A stretch of DNA of 64,000 bases from an uncultured Alphaproteobacteria bacterium (lineage in GTDB: Bacteria; Pseudomonadota; Alphaproteobacteria; Rhizobiales; Beijerinckiaceae), in assembly GCA_963712225.1 (NCBI GenBank), contig CAVQHH010000006.1, positions 30,557-94,556 of the forward strand, given 5' to 3'. The notes beneath the pieces were generated by a model, which saw only the letters and a list, made by a program, of their open reading frames with translations, had not been told where the DNA came from and searched no databases. Made by a program: the position numbers and the translations under genes. Positions 19,877-28,864 of this stretch are shown here, in pieces; within the stretch, counting starts at the first letter, position 1; each line of letters starts with the position of its first letter.

Positions 19877-21337
19877 TTGCGCGCTCCCGGACCAAACAGA
19901 GTGCGAGGGGCCGTGCCGGAAACCGTTTCCGCCCGGCTCGGCGGCCGCATCACGCTCGAAGCGCATGCGAGCGGAGAAATTGTCGCCTGTTTCGATGGTT
20001 ATTCGGTCGGGTTGGGAACGTTCAGCGCGAACGCGGCGGATCGCGCGCAGAATCTGCGCACAGGTCTGCCACTCGCCTCGTTCGCGTCCAACAGGCGGAA
20101 CATCGACAAAGAGATCAATCTATTGGTCCGGCGATTGGCGAGGCACGGTCTACTGGAGTACCGCCTCGGGCGCTCGCGCCTCGGCGAGGACCTGGTCGTC
20201 ATCGAGCCGCAGGCTCCCGATTATTGGCCGCGAACGCCGCAGCTCGGAGATGCAGACGCTTTCGTCTTGTCACGGTTCGCGTACATGCGACGGCGTGGCA
20301 ACGAGATGGTGCTGGAATCGCCGCGCGCCGGCGCGTTGTTCAAAATTTGCGATCCGAAGATTGCAACCGCCGTCGCCATACTCTCTACCCCGCAGCAAAT
20401 CAAACAGCTCCGTCGGCAGGACGGGTTTCCGGGGGTCGAGTTTCTCGCCTTGTTGGTGGATTGCCAAATCGTTTTCAAGATCGACGTTGCCGGCGAAAGT
20501 GGCCTTCGACCGGCCGAGGGCGACCACAACCTCGTCCTTTGGGACTTTCACGATCTTCTGTTCCACACGCGCAGCACGGAAGGCCGGCACGCTAACCCGC
20601 TGGGCGGAGTTTATCCTTATGCCGGCGTCATTTCTCCACTGCCGGCCGTGCGGCCCAGCTGGCCCGGAAAGAAAATCGATCTGCGCAAGTTCTCGGCCGC
20701 GCATCCCCAGGCAATCTCGCCGGTCGCAAAGCTCCTGCGTGAACGTCATTCGACCCGCAGCTTTGATGACCAGCGACCGATCACGCTCGCCGAGCTTTCG
20801 CGATTTCTCGACAACACCGCGCGCGTCCTGTCGGGATCGAACAGCAAGCTCGACCTCGACGACGGCGGTCACGCCGTCAGGCCGTATCCGTCGGCGGGCG
20901 GAGGCTACGAGCTCGAGCTCTATCTGGCGGTCGACAAATGCGAAGGACTTGCACGAGGCTTCTATCATTACGACGCCGGCGCTCACGCGTTGGTACCGAT
21001 CGGCGTTCCCACGCATGAGCTCGAAGCGCAGTTGATGGGAGCCGAATATGCAATGGGTGCGCCCGCTGCGCCCCAGATCTTGATCACGATCGCTGCGCGC
21101 TTTGGCCGGACTTCGTGGAAGTACAGCTCGATCGCATATTCGCTCATTCTGAAGGATGTCGGCGTCTTGACTCAAACGCTCTACCTGATGGCGACCGACA
21201 TGGGGCTCGGCGGATGTGCGATCGGGATCACGAATATCGATCTGTTCGCGAAGATGACGGGGATCGAATTCCACGTGGAGGGCCCGGTCGGTCAATTTGC
21301 GATTGGTCGCGGCACGAAATCGGGGGCTTCCGACTGA
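19877..21337 (+). CDS. SagB/ThcOx-family FMN-dependent azoline dehydrogenase
   Basis: WDFHDLLFHTRS, RERHSTRSF, RPYPSAGGGYELELY, WKYSSIAY, KDVGVLTQTLYL; TTG start after GAGGG. Confidence 0.92.
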   Translation: MRAPGPNRVRGAVPETVSARLGGRITLEAHASGEIVACFDGYSVGLGTFSANAADRAQNLRTGLPLASFASNRRNIDKEINLLVRRLARHGLLEYRLGRSRLGEDLVVIEPQAPDYWPRTPQLGDADAFVLSRFAYMRRRGNEMVLESPRAGALFKICDPKIATAVAILSTPQQIKQLRRQDGFPGVEFLALLVDCQIVFKIDVAGESGLRPAEGDHNLVLWDFHDLLFHTRSTEGRHANPLGGVYPYAGVISPLPAVRPSWPGKKIDLRKFSAAHPQAISPVAKLLRERHSTRSFDDQRPITLAELSRFLDNTARVLSGSNSKLDLDDGGHAVRPYPSAGGGYELELYLAVDKCEGLARGFYHYDAGAHALVPIGVPTHELEAQLMGAEYAMGAPAAPQILITIAARFGRTSWKYSSIAYSLILKDVGVLTQTLYLMATDMGLGGCAIGITNIDLFAKMTGIEFHVEGPVGQFAIGRGTKSGASD

Positions 21338-21416
21338 CAATCGCGCGGCGCCGGTATGGCCGAGCAACGGCCACGCAAATGGCGATGGCATGGCCAACGG
21401 CGGCAACCAATAGCGT

Positions 21417-22274
21417 TTAAACCACGGTTCCCGACTTTACCAGACCATCGCCGGCCCCGCGCGTCGGAAGGATCGCGCGATGCGACGCGCTCGAAATAAA
21501 ATATCCGATAGCTTTGCGGCGGCGCTTGTCCAGCAGTGCGAATATAGCGCCCTGAGGGTCCGTGCAATGGACGATCCAGGCGCCGCCCGGCACGGCAGTC
21601 GGGCCATAGAGGATTTGGCCGCCGCCAGCCTCCACGCGCTTCGCCGCCGCCTCGATGTCGCCGATGTTGAAATAGTAAAGCCAGAAGGGAAGCGGCAATG
21701 TCGGAGGCTTGGTGAACATGCCGCCGATCGTCTCCCCTGCGGCGGAGAACTGCTGATACGTGCCCATCGCGCCGACGTGGGCGTCCGCTTTTTGCCAGCC
21801 AAATAGCTCGCCGTAGAAAGCGAACGCCTTCTCCCAGTCGGCGGCAAGCAACTCATGCCAGCCCACGCGCCCCGGTGTGTCCAGTTCGGACTGCACTTGG
21901 CCGGGTTTCAGCCCCTTGACCAACGCAAGCGTTGCCATTTGCGGGTCGGCGACGACCGAAAAGCGGCTGATGTTAGGGATGTCCGTCGGTGGGAGGCGCA
22001 CCGCTCCGCCAAGCTGCTTGATTCGGTCGACGGCAGCGTCCACGTCATCAACTCCGACATATCCGATCCAGTGCGGGGTCGCGCCTGTTCTCCTCGCGTC
22101 CTCCGGCAGGTTCATCAGCCCGGTGACGGGGGCGTCTCCGACGGTAAACAGGTTATAGTCCAAACCGGCATCCCGCGTGCCCCAGCCCGCGACCTCGGCG
22201 TAGAAGGCCTTGGCGGTTTCTATATCTGTCGTCATCAGCTCGTACCAGACGAAACGGCCATGAGATTTGAACAT
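21417..22274 (-). CDS. Two-domain VOC (glyoxalase/bleomycin resistance) family protein
   Basis: GRFVWYELMTTD and GRVGWHELLAAD repeats, DPQGAIFAL. Confidence 0.9.
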   Translation of the reverse strand: MFKSHGRFVWYELMTTDIETAKAFYAEVAGWGTRDAGLDYNLFTVGDAPVTGLMNLPEDARRTGATPHWIGYVGVDDVDAAVDRIKQLGGAVRLPPTDIPNISRFSVVADPQMATLALVKGLKPGQVQSELDTPGRVGWHELLAADWEKAFAFYGELFGWQKADAHVGAMGTYQQFSAAGETIGGMFTKPPTLPLPFWLYYFNIGDIEAAAKRVEAGGGQILYGPTAVPGGAWIVHCTDPQGAIFALLDKRRRKAIGYFISSASHRAILPTRGAGDGLVKSGTVV

Positions 22275-22329
22275 GTCTGTTTCTCCGTTCGAGCCTGCAA
22301 AGAAGTCGCCGCGCCGCCGCGCCGCGGCT

Positions 22330-23103
22330 TAGGGTCCGGACTCAAAATAACTCAAAGCCAATACGCAACGCTAGCAACGAGGCAGAGCGCGGAAAAGAAG
22401 TTTCCGGCGCGCTTGTCATAGCGCGTGGCGATGCGGCAGAAGTCCCTGAGCCTTCCGAAGCAGCGCTCGATGACGGTTGCGGTTCTTGCCGGCGCTCTTG
22501 TCGTGCCGGATGCGCTTCTTGCGGTTGGATTTACCCGGGATGACCGGCTTGATTTTTTGGTCTTTGAGGAAGGCGCGAAACGCATCGGTGTCATAGCCTT
22601 TGCCGGCCAGAAGTTCCTTGATGCCGGGGATCAGGCTGACCATTCTTGCGCCATGACCCAATCGGCGGTGTTGCCCGGCGTCAAGATCAACACCCACGGG
22701 CTTCGATCCGCATCGACGATCGCGTGGATTTTGCTGTTGCGGCCGCCTTTCGTGAACCCGATCGCCTGAAATTCGGCCCCCTTTTCCGCCGCTGGCGCAG
22801 CGGTGAACCTTGACATGGCTGCTATCCAACGCGGCTTGTGCTGGCGGCTCGGACGGCCGCAACCGCTTCGAATATCTTCTGCCAGATGCCTCGCTCGCTC
22901 CAGCGGGCAAAGCGATTGTAGATCGTCTTGCGGGGCCATACGCCTTCGGGCAATCGGCCCAGCGGCAGCCAACCTTCAGCACATGCATGATCCCGCTCAA
23001 AATCAGCCGGTCGTCTTTGCGTTCAGGTCCTGGCTGGTTTGCCGGTAGATGCGGCTCGATCTTCGCCCATTGCTCACCACTGAACCAAACCAAATGCGAT
23101 TCC
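22330..23103 (-). mobile_element. Degraded IS5-family (IS427-like) element, 5' end cut by IS256
   Basis: Frameshifted transposase pieces (QWAKIEPHLP, DDRLILSGI, GCRWADCP, KGGRNSKIHA, IERCFGRLRDFCRIATRYDK); end ta-gggtccggactca. Confidence 0.85.
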
Positions 23104-24466
23104 GAGCTAAGGCCGAAAGTTGGTGACGGCATGAAGGGGTAAGGCGGCGTATCGTGGGGGTGTTCAACGCCTCCACTTCTCCACCGAAGGAGTGATACGC
23201 CGTGACCGAGACTAACGTTTTCGAACTAACCCAGCCAGGAACATTTTCCGATCCGCTGACCGAGGTTTTACGCAATGGCGCGAGAACGCTATTGGGGCAG
23301 GCCGTCGAAGCCGAGGTTGCGGCTTGGCTCAGCACCCATACCGACAAGTTGACCGATGATGGCCGCCGGCGACTGGTGCGCCACGGGCATCTGCCCGAGC
23401 GCGAGATCGTGACCGGCATCGGTGCAGTCGCGGTGCGGTGCCCGCGCGTGCGTGACCGCGCCGGCGAAGGCGGAGAGCACATCCGATTTTCGTCGACGAT
23501 TTTGCCTCCCTATGCGCGCCGATCGAAGAGCCTAGAGGTGCTGATCCCAATTCTCTACCTGAAGGGCATCTCCACCGGTGATTTCGAGGAGGCGCTGATC
23601 GCACTGCTCGGCAAGGATGCCGGCGGGCTCTCTGCCTCGACCATCGGGCGGCTCAAGGAGGCCTGGTCGGACGAGCATACGCGTTGGAGCAAGCGTGATC
23701 TCTCGGCCAAACGCTACGTTTACTTCTGGGTCGACGGCATCCATGTGCAAGCCCGGCTCGAGGAAGCCGCGCAGTGCCTGCTGGTGATCATCGGCGCCAC
23801 GCCCGAAGGCAAAAAGGAACTTGTCGGGCTCATCGACGGCGTCCGCGAGAGCGCGCAATCGTGGAAAGAGCTCCTCCTCGACCTCAAACGGCGGGGGCTT
23901 GCGATGGGACCCGAGCTTGCGGTCGCCGACGGCGCCCTCGGCTTCTGGCAGGCGGTCGAGGAGGTGTGGCCGAGGACACGCGGCCAGCGCTGTTGGGTGC
24001 ACAAGACCGCCAATGTCTTGAACAAGCTGCCCAAGAGCCAGCAATCGAAGGCCAAGCGTGCGCTCCAGGAGATCTGGATGGCCGAGACCAAGAAGGATGC
24101 ACTCGCCGCGTTCGACGCCTTCATCGAAATCTGGGGCGTCAAATACGACAAGGCTGTCGAGTGCCTGATCAAGGATCGCGACGCGTTGCTTGCCTTCTAC
24201 GACTTCCCGGCTGAGCACTGGAAGCATCTGCGAACGACCAACCCCATCGAAAGCTCATTCGCGACGGTCCGCCACCGAACAGTGCGCTCCAAAGGATGTC
24301 TCTCGAACAAGACCGCGCTCGCCATGATCTTCAAGCTGGCCGAGGCCGCCGAGAAAAACTGGCGTCGCCTCGATGGCCACAACCAGTTGCCGAAAATAAT
24401 TCTCGGTGTAAGGTTCACCGACGGAATTGAGGTCGTCAAGCCGAAAGCTCAAGCCGCTGCCGCCTG
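23104..24466 (+). mobile_element. IS256-family insertion sequence lacking its right end
   Basis: Left end gagctaaggccgaaagttggtgacggc; no matching inverted repeat seen after ...gccgctgccgcctg. Confidence 0.8.
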
Positions 24467-24524
24467 TTTTCGTCAAAAACTTGCTCGGTTAGCCCCAAAT
24501 CGGTTGACCAACCTCTTGAATTAA
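23202..24524 (+). CDS. IS256-family (Mutator) transposase
   Basis: LYLKGISTGDF, YFWVDGIH, VADGALGF, QRCWVHK, LRTTNPIES; C-terminal ~19 aa appear to be read-through into foreign sequence. Confidence 0.95.
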   Translation: MTETNVFELTQPGTFSDPLTEVLRNGARTLLGQAVEAEVAAWLSTHTDKLTDDGRRRLVRHGHLPEREIVTGIGAVAVRCPRVRDRAGEGGEHIRFSSTILPPYARRSKSLEVLIPILYLKGISTGDFEEALIALLGKDAGGLSASTIGRLKEAWSDEHTRWSKRDLSAKRYVYFWVDGIHVQARLEEAAQCLLVIIGATPEGKKELVGLIDGVRESAQSWKELLLDLKRRGLAMGPELAVADGALGFWQAVEEVWPRTRGQRCWVHKTANVLNKLPKSQQSKAKRALQEIWMAETKKDALAAFDAFIEIWGVKYDKAVECLIKDRDALLAFYDFPAEHWKHLRTTNPIESSFATVRHRTVRSKGCLSNKTALAMIFKLAEAAEKNWRRLDGHNQLPKIILGVRFTDGIEVVKPKAQAAAACFRQKLARLAPNRLTNLLN

Positions 24525-24547
24525 AACATGCTTAATCAGGTCTTAAC
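24521..24547. promoter_or_regulatory. Tandem CtrA-like boxes TTAA-N7-TTAA-N7-TTAAC
   Basis: ttaa aacatgc ttaa tcaggtc ttaac: three half-sites at exact 11-bp spacing. Confidence 0.6.
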
Positions 24548-25406
24548 CCTAGGGCACCTATGCTCAACATATGCTTTGTCATTCGCCCGGTTCGAGCTTG
24601 CGCGCGCTCCTGTTGCCCGCTCCACCCGGTTTGCGGCCAGCACGGCCTGGACATCGTGACGGCCTCCTGCTTGGTCCCGCTGCGGGTCGAACCCAAGGAG
24701 ATGTTCGAAGGCTTCGCAGGTCTGTTCGCGCGGCTCTTGGCGCGCCAGCGGGGCAGGATCCCGGATGGGGCCAACCGGCCCTTATCTCGTCATGGCGCAG
24801 TGACGCTCCAATCGTCGATGCAAATGAATTGGGCTTGGGCCCATTAGAAATAATCGCTGACGACCTCTACGGTTTCTCAGAAGCGTCGCGCGCGCACTTC
24901 TTCCTCTCTCGCGTGGTTCGACGTGCTGTTCAACTCCGGCGAGAACGCAGCTGTCGCTTGGCATAACTACAATCTCCGTCCGTTGAAGGTCAACTACAAG
25001 GGCGGGTTCTATCGACTACCGGACGGGATACGCCGCCGGGCCCGGCGGGCTCCTGGCTCATTGGCCGGTTCGAGGCTCAGGCGGCAAAGGCGGCCGAAGC
25101 CGCCAATCAACGTTCCACCCTTTCCGCATCGCGCATTCGGCGCAAAAGATCAGCAAGCGCGAGATGAGCGGCGGTGCCGGCCGGTGTGTCGCAAAGTTAA
25201 GTGCCGCAATGCGTAGGGCACCGGGACCCCGCCACCTGTTAGCCTTTCGCTTGCATTTCAGTCATCTAGGCAGACATTGACCTGAGGTCCCACTGCAATT
25301 CTTATCGACATCTTTGCGCACGCCGCGCGAACCGGATCAAGGTTTCAGGTGACCGCGCCCGGCGTCGGAGCTGCTCCGCAATAGGGAACATGGGCGTTCG
25401 GCACGG

Positions 25407-25874
25407 CTATTTCTCCGTTGGATGATCGGACAACGACTTGACGTAGGCGGCGAGTTCCCAGACCTGCTCCATCGGCAAAAGCGTGCGGAACGAGGGCATG
25501 CCGTTGGGACGTCCCTCGACGATCGTCGAGGCGATATTCTCGACACTTCCGCCGTAGATCCGGGTCTTGCCCATCAGCGCCGGCCCAAACCCGCCTCCGC
25601 CATTGGAATGACAGCCGGTGCAATTCATCGCCTGGAAGAGCTGCTTCCCCGCCTCGATATGTTCCGGGCTTTTGGCATATTCCTCGCCGATTTTGCTTAT
25701 GCCGTGAACTAGTGTTCCGCCGCCTGGCGCGAATCCGCCGAGCGAAACGGGCGGTATAGCGGTGGAGGCGGCGCTTTGGTTAGGGTCGGCGCTGTGGGGT
25801 TGCTGAGCGCTGGCTACATGGCATCCGGCAATTCCGAAGCCGAGGGAAACAATCAACAACGACGAACGCTTCAT
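25407..25874 (-). CDS. xoxG: Periplasmic c-type cytochrome (XoxG-like electron acceptor)
   Basis: Signal peptide, NCTGCHSNGGGGFGP (CxxCH), GRPNGMP; third gene of the xox unit. Confidence 0.8.
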   Translation of the reverse strand: MKRSSLLIVSLGFGIAGCHVASAQQPHSADPNQSAASTAIPPVSLGGFAPGGGTLVHGISKIGEEYAKSPEHIEAGKQLFQAMNCTGCHSNGGGGFGPALMGKTRIYGGSVENIASTIVEGRPNGMPSFRTLLPMEQVWELAAYVKSLSDHPTEK

Positions 25875-26692
25875 GGCGTCGCCTCCGCCTTTTCTGTGGG
25901 AATGGGGAACCGCGGCACATGATACGCCGCGAGGATAGCGTCAATCTCTGCGTGGCGGCGGTTCATCGCCGCCTCGAGCTCCGACGCCAATTGCGCATCT
26001 TGTTTGCGTACGCCCATGGCGATGTTGAAGCTCATCGGAAGATTGCCGCGGCTGTCCGCAACAGGGGTCACGCGCAGAGGCGTTTGCTGCTGGTTCGCGA
26101 ACCACGCCGCCTGCGGTCCCCAGACGATCGCGACATCGATGTCGCCATTGGTCAGGCCTTCGATGATGTCCTTGAGCGGAGCTGCCTGCTCATAGTCGCC
26201 ATAAACCATATAGCCGCGCACATTTGCGATGATGCCGCGGTCCGCAAGCTCATGCGCGGGAGGCGTGTTGACTCCATCATTGCCGATGAGCTGCACGCCG
26301 ATTTTGAGATGCTTGAGATTCGGGTCGTCGAAACTTGTAATCAAGGGATGGTCCTCGCGCTGGACAAAGACATAACCTGACCGGTAATAGGGCTTTGTGG
26401 TGCGCAGCATATGCATGTCGGCTGGGATGCCAATAACAGCGTCACAGACGTTGGCGTTGAGTGTGTTCCGCACGAAGCCGCGCCGTTGCGCAAACCAAAA
26501 ATAGCTGAGGTCAGCGCCGAGATCGGTAGCTACGACTTGCGCTATCTTATTTTCGAACCCTGCGCCCTTCGCGTCGGAGAAAGGCAGGTTGTTCGGGTCC
26601 GCGCAAACCCGAAGGTCCCGCGCCTCGGCCGCGAGCGAGACGCCGCAAAGCGCCCCCAACGCAAGAGAGATCCTAAGGGAGCGCGAAGACAT
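25871..26692 (-). CDS. xoxJ: MxaJ/XoxJ-type periplasmic binding protein
   Basis: LRVCADPNNLPFS, GFENKIA, QRRGFVRNTL, DVAIVWGP. Confidence 0.9.
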   Translation of the reverse strand: MSSRSLRISLALGALCGVSLAAEARDLRVCADPNNLPFSDAKGAGFENKIAQVVATDLGADLSYFWFAQRRGFVRNTLNANVCDAVIGIPADMHMLRTTKPYYRSGYVFVQREDHPLITSFDDPNLKHLKIGVQLIGNDGVNTPPAHELADRGIIANVRGYMVYGDYEQAAPLKDIIEGLTNGDIDVAIVWGPQAAWFANQQQTPLRVTPVADSRGNLPMSFNIAMGVRKQDAQLASELEAAMNRRHAEIDAILAAYHVPRFPIPTEKAEATP

Positions 26693-28472
26693 AGAGCGTG
26701 CCTCCCTTGGTCGTCACATCGGGCAGATCCTTCATCGCGTTGACGAAGCCAAGCGCGGCCGTGCCGTCCCTCTTATCGAGTCCGCCGGCGACGATGGCTC
26801 CGGACCATCCCCCAACGCCCGACAGGATCGCGACATATTGCTTGCCGTCTGGTCCGCGATAGGTAGTCGGCTGGCCGATGATTCCAGATCCCGTCTTGAA
26901 CTGCCAGAGCAATTCGCCGGTATTGGCGTTGATCGCCTTAAACAAACCTTCCATGGTCCCGTAAAACGCCACGTCGCCGGCGGTTACAAGAGTGCCGCTC
27001 CACACTGGAAAGCGCTCCTTGATGGACCAGATCTTTTTGCCTTTGAGAATGTCCCACGCGGCATATTCGCCGCGATTGCCCCCGGGGCCTGCCTTCATAT
27101 GGACGTTTTCACCGACATAGGGCGTGCCTTCTATGTAGCCGACATCAAGCTCTTCTACATCAAAACAGAGATTGTTGTGCGGAATGTAAAGCAGGCCCGT
27201 CTTGTGTGAGAAAGCCGAAGGTTGCCAATCCTTGGCGCCTGGCGGAGCGGGGCAGATGTCGCGGACCGTCTCGCCGGTTTTCGGTTGCTTGGCCGCGACA
27301 TAGGCAAGGCGGCCGGTCTTCAAATCAACGCCAGTTGAGCTGGTGATATACTGCAAAGGTTCGGCCGAAAGAACTTCGCCATTCGTGCGGTCGATGACGT
27401 AAACATATCCGTTGCGGTCGGGATGGACGAGCACTTTGCGCGGCTGTCCCTTCCACGTCAGATCGACCAGAATCTCTTCGTTGACGCCGTCATAGTCGAA
27501 TTGATCATGGGGACTATATTGGTAGAACCAGCGCGCCTGCCCGGTATCTGCGTCGCGCGCGAAAATGCCCGCCGTCCATTTGTTGTCGCCCGGCCTGATC
27601 GATGAGTTCCAAGGCCCAGGATTGGACACGCCATAATAAATGAGATTGAGATCTGGATCATAGGAAGACCAGCCCCACACCGTCCCTCCGCCGTGTTGCC
27701 ACATGTCCGGCGGCCAAGTCGAGACGCCGAGATCCTTGCCCTTATCCGAGGCGTAGAAAGGCTTGAAGTCAGGACCGATCAATACGTCGGAATCCGGACC
27801 AGTGTTATAGGCGCGCCAAAGGATCTTGCCGGTCTTGACGTCAAGCGCCGCGGCCCAGCCGCGCACGCCCAATTCCCCGCCTGAGTCGCCGACGAGAACT
27901 TTGTCCTTCGCGAGCAGAGGAGCCATGGTCATGGTCTCCCCTTTGTTGATCTCGCCCATCTTCGTGCGCCAGGCTTCCTTGCCAGTGTCGGCGGCGACGG
28001 CGATGGTATAATCATCGAGCGTATTATAGATGAGTTTGCCATCAGCGAAGACGGCGCCGCGGTTGACCACATCGCAGCACGCAACGCCTTGGGAGGCGGC
28101 GCTGGGCAAGGGATCATAGCGCCATTTCAATGCGCCGTCCTGCTTGAGATCCAATGCGAAAAGCGTGTTTGGATAGGGCGTCACAATATACATCGTATCG
28201 CCGACAACCAGAGGCGCGGCTTCCTCGCCTCTGTCCAAACCTGTTGAGAAAGCGAAAGCGACTTTCAGGTTCTTGACGTTTTGTGCGTTGATCTCGTCGA
28301 GAGAACTATAGCGCGTGCTGGCGGCGTCTTTCGCCGGCATCGTCCATTGACCATCGTCGGTCGCTTTCGCGAAGCTGGGCGGCTGTGGCGTTTGCGCTTG
28401 CGCGACGGAGCAAATCAAGCTTGCGACTGCCAAAACACGAGCAGCACCGGCTATATTCACGAATTTGGTCAT
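26673..28472 (-). CDS. xoxF: PQQ-dependent methanol/alcohol dehydrogenase, lanthanide type (XoxF, probably clade 3)
   Basis: Signal peptide, ACCDVVNRG, RPGDNKW, HDQFDYDGVNE (D-x-D lanthanide motif); GGAGGA RBS; no mxaI nearby. Confidence 0.88.
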   Translation of the reverse strand: MTKFVNIAGAARVLAVASLICSVAQAQTPQPPSFAKATDDGQWTMPAKDAASTRYSSLDEINAQNVKNLKVAFAFSTGLDRGEEAAPLVVGDTMYIVTPYPNTLFALDLKQDGALKWRYDPLPSAASQGVACCDVVNRGAVFADGKLIYNTLDDYTIAVAADTGKEAWRTKMGEINKGETMTMAPLLAKDKVLVGDSGGELGVRGWAAALDVKTGKILWRAYNTGPDSDVLIGPDFKPFYASDKGKDLGVSTWPPDMWQHGGGTVWGWSSYDPDLNLIYYGVSNPGPWNSSIRPGDNKWTAGIFARDADTGQARWFYQYSPHDQFDYDGVNEEILVDLTWKGQPRKVLVHPDRNGYVYVIDRTNGEVLSAEPLQYITSSTGVDLKTGRLAYVAAKQPKTGETVRDICPAPPGAKDWQPSAFSHKTGLLYIPHNNLCFDVEELDVGYIEGTPYVGENVHMKAGPGGNRGEYAAWDILKGKKIWSIKERFPVWSGTLVTAGDVAFYGTMEGLFKAINANTGELLWQFKTGSGIIGQPTTYRGPDGKQYVAILSGVGGWSGAIVAGGLDKRDGTAALGFVNAMKDLPDVTTKGGTLYVFALP

Positions 28473-28592
28473 CTCATCCTCCAATACGCCAAATCCGACG
28501 CGATAAATCCTGAATTCACACGGCCGTTGTATCCTTTCTCAGCCGGTAAGTCGAACAGGCCGCGGACGCCAAGACTAGCGGTGACTTTCTTT

Positions 28593-28634
28593 CCTTCTTA
28601 TAGGCCTAGCGGGCCTTCTTATAGGCCTAGCGGG
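28593..28634. repeat. Perfect 21-bp tandem duplication upstream of xoxF
   Basis: ccttcttataggcctagcggg x2. Confidence 0.9.
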
Positions 28635-28864
28635 GCTGTCCCTTCTGGCTTGACCTAGAGGTGGCTTGGCCGGCGGCTCTGCTGGGGGAAGCGAGAGGAG
28701 CCCGGCCGCTCCAGCGCCAGCGGCAAGCACTCGCCGCCGGGAGATCCCCGCTTCACCCCCCACTCCTGGTTGAGAATACTCGCGACTGATCGCCTCGTGC
28801 GGCTGTCGACGTCATGCTCCGCAGAAGGCAACCGGAGTTGGTCGATGCTATCGTCAAATCGGCC

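Noticed and set aside
24560-25216. Short overlapping ORFs, possibly a decayed glycosyltransferase-like gene
   Set aside because: Only vague similarity across several frames; no product call can be supported.
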